This document shows, one piece after another, positions 55,917 to 64,000 of a stretch of 64,000 bases of DNA. Numbering within the stretch: position 1 is the stretch's first letter; each line of letters opens with the position of its first letter. The DNA is from Promethearchaeota archaeon. GTDB taxonomy: Archaea; Asgardarchaeota; Heimdallarchaeia; Hodarchaeales; Hodarchaeaceae. The position numbers were made by a program, and so were the translations under genes. Below the pieces are notes generated by a model that did no database searches, was not told the origin of the DNA, and saw only the letters and a list, made by a program, of their open reading frames with translations. Where the stretch lies: assembly GCA_048938105.1 (NCBI GenBank), contig JBHLMN010000010.1, positions 96,001 through 160,000 of the forward strand. Direction: 5' to 3'.

Positions 55917-56741
55917 ATGAAACCCCCTGTCAACCTTGTTGACCGCCCCTTTGACTCGAACCATCCCTCTGACGATTCCACTATGTCCTGTGAACAGTAT
56001 GAAACCTGGTTCTTAGGTTCCCTCATGCGTGTTAAGAAACCTCAGAGAGATTTCAATCGACTGTCCTCCTTACACAACCGGATTACTCATGAAGAAACGA
56101 ATTTTGATGAGCGACTTCAAGTTAACTGGCGTGTTGCTTCTCAATTGTCAGAATTCTTTCCTCTTAAATGGTTAATTGAGATAACAGCCCAATTTAGAAA
56201 ATTAGATGCCACTAAATTAGGTATTAAAACCTATCAAGATCGTGTCTGTTCTTACTTGGGTTATATCGAATTATACTTAACTTTTCGGGGACTAACCTTG
56301 TTAGATTCAACCTTGGTGGAGATTAACGCTTTTTTAGCTATTAATATTTCCAAAAACGATGTCCGTACTTGGAAATTAAAACTCCTCCGAATTACTCCTG
56401 GATTACAAGAGCAATGGATCAAGATTCGTGCAAGAACCCACCAAAGCGCCATAATGTCCACTGTTGTCCATGTTATGAATCGAGAACTGGTATTAACTAA
56501 TTGTACGAAAGAAGAAGTTTTCAAAGTCAAACAGTGTGCATTACTTTTGGCACGGAAGTTTGTTGAAACTAAAAAAGCGCGACATATTAAAAAACCTGAA
56601 GTTTGGGCTCGTGCTATCTGTACCAAAGCCCTCTTTGAGACCCTTCCTCGTTATCACAGCGTGGCGTTTCCTCATCTATCTCATAAAACTCGAAAAGTAA
56701 TAGAAAACAAACGTTGGCAACTCGACCGCCTCATTGGTTAA
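55917..56741 (+). CDS. Hypothetical protein, divergent TFIIB/cyclin-fold-like
   Basis: FLGSLM...DFNRLSSLHNR linker-like segment; ALLLARKF...KKPEVWARAI resembles TFB cyclin repeat 2; no Zn ribbon. Confidence 0.5.
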   Translation: MKPPVNLVDRPFDSNHPSDDSTMSCEQYETWFLGSLMRVKKPQRDFNRLSSLHNRITHEETNFDERLQVNWRVASQLSEFFPLKWLIEITAQFRKLDATKLGIKTYQDRVCSYLGYIELYLTFRGLTLLDSTLVEINAFLAINISKNDVRTWKLKLLRITPGLQEQWIKIRARTHQSAIMSTVVHVMNRELVLTNCTKEEVFKVKQCALLLARKFVETKKARHIKKPEVWARAICTKALFETLPRYHSVAFPHLSHKTRKVIENKRWQLDRLIG

Positions 56742-57079
56742 AATAAATGAGTAAATATTCTATTATTCTTCTCTTGTAATTATTACGTGACTCTTTCTAT
56801 TCTTTTAGTTCACTATAAGCATTTTTCCACCAATGAAACCTTCGAAAATTTTATATCTGATCCTTGTTTCTCTTTTTGGTTGATTATCCTTTATACCTCA
56901 TTACATGAACATTATTTTCCTTAGAATCAGTTTTCTCTTGAAACTTCCCCCAAATTCGGAATAATCAATCCAATTTCACAGGTTTTGAGTGAATGATTCT
57001 CAACATGCTCTAAATTATAAATAACTTTAATTCAGGGCATAGATGGATCAATGAAAAATGTATTTCCAGGAAAGGCAAA

Positions 57080-57631
57080 ATGATGATAGATGATTTAGTT
57101 TTAAGGCAGAAAGAGCAGGAGACATTAAAAATCGATAATTTAATTATTAAACTTGACCATATAGCCTATAGAGTAAACAGAGGAGAGAGAAGGAGATTTA
57201 TTGACGAATTATCAAATGTGGTACCATATCAAGAGTTTAAAAACTTCAAAGTACTCAATGCAAATGCAGTTACTACCTGTATAAAACTTCATAGCACTTT
57301 ACCTGTCATTGTTGTTTCCGAGGGGGTTACTGATGACTCCATTGTCGAAAAATATTGTCAAAAATATGGTTCTAGAGTCCATCATTTGGCATATCTAGTA
57401 AAAGACATTCGAAAAGTAGTTGAGGTTCAAAAACAGCGAGGAATTCAATTTACAACAGAAAAGATCATTGGCAGTGAAGCGGAGGGAATATTACAAATCT
57501 TTACAACCCCAACTGAGACAACTAACCATATTTTAGAGTATATCCAACGATTTGGTGATTTTGATGGTTTTTTCACTCCATCTAATATTTCCAAGCTAAT
57601 GAAATCTACTGAAAAATTAGGCGAAGCTTAG
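57080..57631 (+). CDS. VOC/glyoxalase family protein (HPPD C-terminal-like)
   Basis: LDHIAYRV, YGSRVHHLAY.V.DI, GIQF, ILQIFT, LEYIQR.G.F.GFF...N..LM. Confidence 0.85.
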   Translation: MMIDDLVLRQKEQETLKIDNLIIKLDHIAYRVNRGERRRFIDELSNVVPYQEFKNFKVLNANAVTTCIKLHSTLPVIVVSEGVTDDSIVEKYCQKYGSRVHHLAYLVKDIRKVVEVQKQRGIQFTTEKIIGSEAEGILQIFTTPTETTNHILEYIQRFGDFDGFFTPSNISKLMKSTEKLGEA

Positions 57632-57763
57632 AGATTATGAGACTCCTTTTTTTAATTCCTAACTGTGAAAAAAAAGGCTTGGCAGCTTGTCGAATATCTC
57701 GTTTGCACAAACCAAAACTGTTTCCAAGACTAATAAACATTGTATGGAGGAGGTTCAATAGAA

Positions 57764-58339
57764 GTGAAATTTGAAAGAAAACCCTTACCTTTACTAGTAT
57801 GTCCAGTTGTTTTAGTTACTACACAAGATAAAAAGTATGATCGGGCAAATATAATAACGTTAACCCTTGTTGGTGGTTTTTGCTGGGAACCACCGATTAT
57901 TGGAGTCGGGATTGGAAGAAGCCAATATTCTAAAGGATTAATAGATCAAATTGGTGAATTTGTTGTCAATGTTCCTACAACTGAATTGATAGAAGACGTT
58001 GAATATTGTGGTCTTGTTTCTGGAAAAGACATTGATAAATTTGCAAATACTAACTTTACTCCAGTCCCTTCTAAACATGTCAAACCACCAATGATCAAAG
58101 AATGTCCAATTAATCTGGAGTGTAAAGTAATAATGAGCATTCCACTTGGTTCAAATGTATTATTCCTTGGTAAAGTTGTATGTCTCCATGTTGATGAATC
58201 AATTCTTGATAGTAAGGGTGGAATGAATTTAATGAAAGCTAATCCTATTATGTTTAATTTAACGAATAGCTATTGGAGTGTGGGTGAAAAAATTGCCTCG
58301 TATGGATTCAGTAAATCTCAGAAAAATCTCATAGATTAA
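57764..58339 (+). CDS. Flavin reductase family protein
   Basis: PVVLVTT, GEFVVNVP, CG.VSGKD.DKF, PPMIKECPINLEC.V, LFLGKV; GGAGGT SD before GTG at 57764. Confidence 0.93.
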   Translation: MKFERKPLPLLVCPVVLVTTQDKKYDRANIITLTLVGGFCWEPPIIGVGIGRSQYSKGLIDQIGEFVVNVPTTELIEDVEYCGLVSGKDIDKFANTNFTPVPSKHVKPPMIKECPINLECKVIMSIPLGSNVLFLGKVVCLHVDESILDSKGGMNLMKANPIMFNLTNSYWSVGEKIASYGFSKSQKNLID

Positions 58340-59114
58340 AGAGGTCTTTAGCATTTTCAGTTAAAATTCTTTTTTTATTAGCATAAGAAATGGGGGCATA
58401 TGTTACCTTGGTTTTTTCCCAAGTAATGTCACGAGCTCCCCATGGATAATCAGAACCAAATAATATCTTTTCAACACCCATAACATCCACAGCTTCAGCT
58501 AATCGGCGTGGATGGGGAATATAGGAACATTCAAGGAAGAGGTTGGGGTGATGAGCTGCCATTTCAATATGGGAGAAGCGATCGTTAAGACCATACTCTT
58601 CTTTCATGTGTAAACACACAAAAGTTCCATCCGAGTATGTTTCTGCTAATGCTGCGATGTCCTTAACAGACCCTTCTGGCCCCCATCCGGAGTGGATCAT
58701 AATAGGAAGCTCAAACTCAATTGCTTTTTCAACGAAAGGTTTCACAATAGGATCTGTGAGCTTGTACCCATCAAATACTGGATGTAGTTTTAACCCTCGA
58801 AAGTTTTTCTCTTCGATCAAATCTTGAAAATCGTCTGGAGAATCATACTTTGGATTAAGCCAAGCCACAAGTAGGAATCGTCGTTTCATTGGTTCAACTC
58901 GGGTGGCAAGTAACTCATTTTCTTGTCTCATTGACTCTTTTTTTGGCCCACAGAGTAAAACCGCTTCCGTTACATGAGCATTATTTAGAGCTGCCAAATA
59001 CTCATCGAAGGAAGGAAGGTTTTTTGCATCTGAAATGAAAAATGTAACGGGACTTAACGGAAAATGAGTATGTATATCAATTGTGGGAAGAAATTTTAAC
59101 GATTCATCAGCCAT
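58329..59114 (-). CDS. Amidohydrolase family 2 protein
   Basis: IDIHTH, RGLKLHP, PIMIHSG, CLHM, LECS, KILFGSDYP. Confidence 0.92.
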   Translation of the reverse strand: MADESLKFLPTIDIHTHFPLSPVTFFISDAKNLPSFDEYLAALNNAHVTEAVLLCGPKKESMRQENELLATRVEPMKRRFLLVAWLNPKYDSPDDFQDLIEEKNFRGLKLHPVFDGYKLTDPIVKPFVEKAIEFELPIMIHSGWGPEGSVKDIAALAETYSDGTFVCLHMKEEYGLNDRFSHIEMAAHHPNLFLECSYIPHPRRLAEAVDVMGVEKILFGSDYPWGARDITWEKTKVTYAPISYANKKRILTENAKDLFNL

Positions 59115-59324
59115 TTGTCTCAATTCCACTTAAAAAAAGCGACTTGATTTCTCTTCTTTTTTTAGTCAGACTAATTTATATATTTATACAATGTGTGGAA
59201 ACAAACGATCTTATATTTCATAAAGGATATGAAGTAAAAATAGAAATAGTGACTTGTGAATACCTTGTATACAAAAGAAATTCTTCCTTCATTCTTCTCT
59301 TAGTAGGTAATTATCTTGAAAACC

Positions 59325-60428
59325 ATGTCTGATCATTGGGCTATCTTTGTTGAGGGAGCTGAGATCAGATGGACATTTGGTAATCCGAGTGCTGAATTCC
59401 AAAAAATTGTACTCAATTTTCTGTTGGGTCTTGGGAATTTGGGAGAAGAAATATTTGGTGAAGGCATTGCAAGTATAACCTTTGATTTACAAAAGCATAC
59501 TGGAATGAAAGCTTCTGAGATCTTCATCGTTTCTTTACAGGATCAATTTCTTTTGATAATTAGTGACCCTGCCACAACACTCCTCTTAATCACGACTCAA
59601 GGAGGAATCCCCATCGATATCAAAGAAATAATGACCGCTGTACTAGTGGGTCAAGCTTCAATTCTTTATGCGAACACCATATCTGATTTAAATGTATTAG
59701 GAAAAAGAGCTGTTGAGAAGAAATATAGAGACATCATTCTAGACATCAATAATGAATATCTCAAGGATGATTTAATATATACCATTGTAGGAAGATCAGG
59801 AAGTAATTTTTCCATCCTAACATTTGAAGAATGTTTATTACTACATTTTTATCTTAGAAAGCAGATTGTGCCAACAGATTATCTCCCCTCATCTAGTTGG
59901 TGTTTAATCTCACAATTGGGTGGAGGAGCTATCCCTTTCTCATTTAATATTAGGGATGAGTTAGTCATGGGGGGATATTTCGCAGCTATAATCGAATTCA
60001 TCTCTACTCTCTTTGGTACGAAACCCAAGTACATCTCATTTGGTTCCACTCAGATACGCAGAGTACGCTTTGTCTATGGTGGAGATTACTTTATGGCTAT
60101 TGATGCATCTTTCATGATCGACCTATTGCTTAGGCGGCGGTTTCAGAAACAATTTTTTGAAACAAATTACTCGATAATAAAAGACATGTCCGTTGGGATT
60201 AAAGAATTGATCATTGAAGAGATCATTCAATTCAGTGAAAAAAAATTAACCGAATTATCTGTTGAAACCCTTTTACGTACTTACATAGGCGAAGGAAGTG
60301 AAGATTTAGAGCTATCATTCGGAACAAATGTGGAAAAGGGGAAAGAGAAAGAGCTTTTGGAGCTTTTACGGGAGGAACGTATGGATCAAGTATTACGTGT
60401 ATGGGGACGATATTTAATTAATTTATAG
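59325..60428 (+). CDS. Hypothetical protein with two longin-like domains
   Basis: VLNFLLGLGNLGEEIFGEGIASITFD and ELVMGGYFAAIIEFISTLFGTKPKYISFG each follow a beta-hairpin and precede three strands. Confidence 0.6.
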   Translation: MSDHWAIFVEGAEIRWTFGNPSAEFQKIVLNFLLGLGNLGEEIFGEGIASITFDLQKHTGMKASEIFIVSLQDQFLLIISDPATTLLLITTQGGIPIDIKEIMTAVLVGQASILYANTISDLNVLGKRAVEKKYRDIILDINNEYLKDDLIYTIVGRSGSNFSILTFEECLLLHFYLRKQIVPTDYLPSSSWCLISQLGGGAIPFSFNIRDELVMGGYFAAIIEFISTLFGTKPKYISFGSTQIRRVRFVYGGDYFMAIDASFMIDLLLRRRFQKQFFETNYSIIKDMSVGIKELIIEEIIQFSEKKLTELSVETLLRTYIGEGSEDLELSFGTNVEKGKEKELLELLREERMDQVLRVWGRYLINL

Positions 60429-60512
60429 AAATAAAAGGAAAAAGCAGATTATTTTCGATTAAGTAAAGAAGACACATGTCAATGAGATTTCTTACTACAT
60501 AATATCCGTTGG

Positions 60513-61166
60513 GTGAGTTTTTCTATGCAACTGTACATTGTACGACATGGTCAAACTGAATTCAATGTTGGAGAACCACGTTTTCGTGGCCAACTAGACA
60601 TACCGCTTTCAGAAATCGGTATTCAACAAGCTGAAGCAATTGCATTAGCACTGAAAACCATTCCTTTTAATACGATTTACTATAGTCGGTTACAACGTGC
60701 AAAGATAACTGCTGAAATGATCCACCATTTTCATAGTTCCTCGCGTTTTATTGAAGAACCACTACTAATAACAATGAATTTCGGTGATTGGCAAGGACAG
60801 TTCCATAAGGAAGTATTTAAAACAGTTGAAGAAAGGAAAGCATGGTTAACGAACCCTAACACTCTTGTCATTCCCAATGGAGAAACATTTTATGAAGTTT
60901 TAAACAGAGTTCACCGATTATTGACACGGTTACGCGCCCAACTGGAAGAAAACATCGCGTTAATTACACACAGGGTTGTTATTATCATTCTGTTACTGTA
61001 TTTATTCAAATTAGATCCTTCTCACTTTTGGAATTTCCGTGTTGACACAGCTTCGATTACCCAAATTCAATATAACTCAAATAATACATTTCGGTTGATA
61101 AAACTCAACGAGACACATCATTTGACTAATTTAGCTCACTCTAATTCTAGGGAAACTACTTTTTAG
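60513..61166 (+). CDS. Histidine phosphatase (PGM family)
   Basis: LYIVRHGQTEFN, D.PLS..G..QA, SRLQRA..TA, PNGET, ITHRVVI, LNETHHL. Confidence 0.93.
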   Translation: MSFSMQLYIVRHGQTEFNVGEPRFRGQLDIPLSEIGIQQAEAIALALKTIPFNTIYYSRLQRAKITAEMIHHFHSSSRFIEEPLLITMNFGDWQGQFHKEVFKTVEERKAWLTNPNTLVIPNGETFYEVLNRVHRLLTRLRAQLEENIALITHRVVIIILLLYLFKLDPSHFWNFRVDTASITQIQYNSNNTFRLIKLNETHHLTNLAHSNSRETTF

Positions 61167-61315
61167 AAAGAAACTAATAATTGCACTTAAAAGAATAATT
61201 TAGATTTAACTGAATAGAGACAATCACCCGAGAGACAGTATACACATCTTAAAACGCAAAAAAGAATCAAGACGAAGATTTATCAAAGCTTAAAATAATC
61301 AACTGGCGCCCAAAG

Positions 61316-62944
61316 ATGACAAATTCAATCAAAAATACCTTATTAAACAATTATCAGGTGTTGATTGTACTATCGATAATTACGCTTTTTACTATTATTT
61401 CTGGTGTAATTTATTATCTAAGCCTCATTGAAGAAAATCAGGAAGAGGAGAATAATCCATCTGATGAAATAAACAGTCCTGTATTCGATGGTTATAACTT
61501 ATTCGTTCTCGAGGATAAAAATCTGCTAACCTTGAATAGAAGCTTGAAACTTCTTATCACTGATATGGAAGGAGAAGTAATTATTGAAAAGGATTATCTT
61601 AAAGAACCTCGGGGATTAGATGTTTATCCTGTAGAATTATTTAATACTACAACTGTGTTATTAGGCGCTGATGATGGAGCTGTCCTTTGGAATTTTGTAA
61701 CAAATACAACATATGATTTGGGTTTTGAGGGACATCATGATCTTGAATACAACGTTAATTATAACACATTTTTTACAATGAGCTGGTATGCAACTGAAAT
61801 TGATGGGATTCTCTACGGTTTTGATGTTATTAAAGAGTACGATTGGCAAGGAAATTTACAATGGTCCCTCGACACACGGGAATTCGTTTCCCCGACAATG
61901 TGGTGCCCTTTTCAAGATAGCTATGGAGAAATCAGAGATCTAACTCATGGTAATACAGTCTTTTATGACTCCGAAGAAGATATTATTTATTATAATTCCC
62001 GTAATTGTAATACATTTTGGAAGATTGATCACAAGACAGGCAGAATACTTTGGGCATTAGGAGAATATGGTGATTTTCAACTTTTCGACAGACGTGGAAA
62101 TCTTCGAGAACATCTATTTTTTCATGCCCACTCTGTTGAAAAAATAGACGCTAATACATTCATTTTATTTGACAATGATATGCATAACCAGACGGATCCA
62201 ACGAACTTTCGATCTCGTATTTTAGAGATTGTTGTTAACGAGACCACCATGACTGCCAACGAATCATGGGTATGGGCAGCTCCTGTGGAGTATTACACTA
62301 ACATTTGGGGTGATGCAGACCGTCTACCAAATGGTAATCGTTTGGGGACATTTGGAACGGAAACTCATCCCAACACTGACATTGGACCAAGATTAGTAGA
62401 GGTTACCAATGAGGGAGAGATCGTATGGGAGTTGACTTATAGGACAACTGAAGATTATATGTATGGGATTTATCGCATGGAGCGATTTCGCTTTACTCCA
62501 ACTCTCAGTTCTCAACCAAATATAAAGATGGTATCAACAGATAGTGTTAACGTTAGCTGGCAAACATGGTTTAATTTCAGAACAAAACAACAAATGAAAG
62601 GACTTTATGCGATCTTCTTTGACGGTACGCTGATTGATAGCGGTTTATACACGTTTGAAAAGTGGTGGCTCCCCTCCAACTTGGATGTTTCCTTAAATAA
62701 TTTGTCACCAAGAAAACATAACTTAACAGTTGTACTCTCAGACATGATGGGAGGCTCCACACGTAATAGTGTCATCATTCACGACACCACGAGCTCTACA
62801 ACCACTCAACAGACTAACCTGGAAACAACGACATCTTCAATGGCAAAAACAAGTAGCTTCTCTGGATTATTAGCCATTATATTGTTCATTAGCAGCCTAG
62901 TAGTATTCATTCAAATACGAAAGAAGAGAATAGAATTAGAATAG
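61316..62944 (+). CDS. Aryl-sulfate sulfotransferase-like beta-propeller, membrane anchored
   Basis: GHHD, DLTHGNTV, NSRN, ILWALG, HAHS, LFDN, WGDADRLPNGN.L, IYRMERF; Thr-rich linker + TM + RKKR. Confidence 0.85.
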   Translation: MTNSIKNTLLNNYQVLIVLSIITLFTIISGVIYYLSLIEENQEEENNPSDEINSPVFDGYNLFVLEDKNLLTLNRSLKLLITDMEGEVIIEKDYLKEPRGLDVYPVELFNTTTVLLGADDGAVLWNFVTNTTYDLGFEGHHDLEYNVNYNTFFTMSWYATEIDGILYGFDVIKEYDWQGNLQWSLDTREFVSPTMWCPFQDSYGEIRDLTHGNTVFYDSEEDIIYYNSRNCNTFWKIDHKTGRILWALGEYGDFQLFDRRGNLREHLFFHAHSVEKIDANTFILFDNDMHNQTDPTNFRSRILEIVVNETTMTANESWVWAAPVEYYTNIWGDADRLPNGNRLGTFGTETHPNTDIGPRLVEVTNEGEIVWELTYRTTEDYMYGIYRMERFRFTPTLSSQPNIKMVSTDSVNVSWQTWFNFRTKQQMKGLYAIFFDGTLIDSGLYTFEKWWLPSNLDVSLNNLSPRKHNLTVVLSDMMGGSTRNSVIIHDTTSSTTTQQTNLETTTSSMAKTSSFSGLLAIILFISSLVVFIQIRKKRIELE

Positions 62945-63111
62945 CCTAGAGTTACTAGCAGTTGTAAAAATTACTTTATGTATGAATAAGAACTTAATTG
63001 TATCAAACCAAAATTAATTATATCCAAAACCAAGAATCAAATTTCTCTAGAAATGGCTGTGTTGAATTAATAGTGGACGTAGTATTTGAGAAGAACATTT
63101 CAACAGGTAAT

Positions 63112-63990
63112 ATGTTTATTGTTAAACATTCACTTATCGTGTACTTCCTACTAGCCTATATAATATCTTGGGCTGGTTGGATACCACTTATAATAATAAC
63201 TGTTGCTTCTTCATCGATACAATGGATGACATTAATGACTATAGGCATTATTGGTCCTCTTCTTGCTTCAATAATCACAATAAGTATAATTCATGGGAAA
63301 AAAGGTATAACAGAGTTTCTTGGCAGAATATTTGCATGGAGAGTACCTTATATCTGGTATTTGGCTGCTTTTGCAATAGCGGTTATTATTTGGCTTTTAC
63401 CAACAATTATCCATATTTGTTTAAGTGGAACCCCTCCAGTATTATTTAGTAAAACACCTTATATTCCCTCTTCTTGTACCTTTCTTCAGATTCACGATAA
63501 CACCCTCCTGTGTATAATCCTTCAGTTTATCACGATTTTTCTAATTAATGGTATTACGGAGGAACCAGGATGGAGAGGTACTGCATTACCCAAACTTCAA
63601 GAGAAGTATAATGCGGTATTCTCCAGTATAATCATTGGAATCATCCATGCATGCTGGCACTTACCACTATACTTCATTCCTGGGTCTACTAAATACTTTG
63701 CTAATACAGGAAAACTTCTTCTCCCCTTTATATCCTTCGTTATTGTTACAGTCTTATGTTCATTCATCTATACCTGGCTTTACAATTCAACAGAAAGTAT
63801 TCTATTCCCCATGATCTTTCATACGATATGGAATTTATCTATTGAGTTATTAAGACCTCCCACGGCAGGGTATCCTGTTGGATATGATGTGATTTTAATA
63901 GCAGTAGAATTTGTTTGGGTTCTGTTATTGATCCACTTCTTTGGAAGTGAAAGACTAACAAGAAGATCAAGAGAAAGTGATCAGAATTGA
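63112..63990 (+). CDS. CPBP/CAAX intramembrane metalloprotease (Abi family)
   Basis: EEPGWRGTALP.LQ, IHACWHLP, WLYNST.SIL..MIFHTIWN. Confidence 0.93.
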   Translation: MFIVKHSLIVYFLLAYIISWAGWIPLIIITVASSSIQWMTLMTIGIIGPLLASIITISIIHGKKGITEFLGRIFAWRVPYIWYLAAFAIAVIIWLLPTIIHICLSGTPPVLFSKTPYIPSSCTFLQIHDNTLLCIILQFITIFLINGITEEPGWRGTALPKLQEKYNAVFSSIIIGIIHACWHLPLYFIPGSTKYFANTGKLLLPFISFVIVTVLCSFIYTWLYNSTESILFPMIFHTIWNLSIELLRPPTAGYPVGYDVILIAVEFVWVLLLIHFFGSERLTRRSRESDQN

Positions 63991-64000
63991 AGAGATTAAT

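Noticed and set aside
566-63449. Numerous 60-160 aa ORFs overlapping larger genes (e.g. 566-958, 17252-17653, 43077-43445, 46630-47112, 56261-56626)
   Set aside because: Antisense or alternate-frame shadows of well-supported genes, with no motifs
1-64000. CRISPR array, rRNA, integrase, transposase, reverse transcriptase/DGR
   Set aside because: No regularly spaced repeats, rRNA-like GC-rich tracts or corresponding protein motifs were seen by eye

Overview
AT-rich archaeal chromosomal segment, most consistent with an Asgard archaeon (Heimdallarchaeia/Hodarchaeales-like). This assignment is inferred from archaeal core genes plus several eukaryote-signature-like proteins. About 1-36 kb is mostly housekeeping: gcvPA/PB, translin, scattered A/V-ATPase subunits F/H/E, FEN1, pcm, Trm5, RibK/RibL, Dph5, aCPSF1, EgsA, TrmI, an Rpn11-like JAMM protein, SHMT, GcvT, PepT, TldD/E and three tRNAs (two with introns, one in the D-arm). 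It also holds an 1835-aa alpha-solenoid protein with an unrecognised triple repeat. About 36-64 kb is accessory: MFS transporters, surface proteins, an 8-PAS regulator, an orphan DNA methylase, LRR and TFB-like proteins and a double-longin-like protein. The best candidate for an undescribed system is a tight operon wHTH-ARPP-1(DUF6569) / tandem wHTH / vWA (36905-40121). Its two regulators share a near-identical recognition helix, and its promoter carries a perfect 8-8-8 inverted repeat. Other highlights are a longin/DENN-like + gelsolin-like fusion, two core genes that appear to start at ATC/ATA, and a repeat + hairpin + G-string element at 44.4-44.6 kb. No CRISPR array, rRNA, integrase or transposase was seen. 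All family calls come from motif recognition by eye, not database searches.
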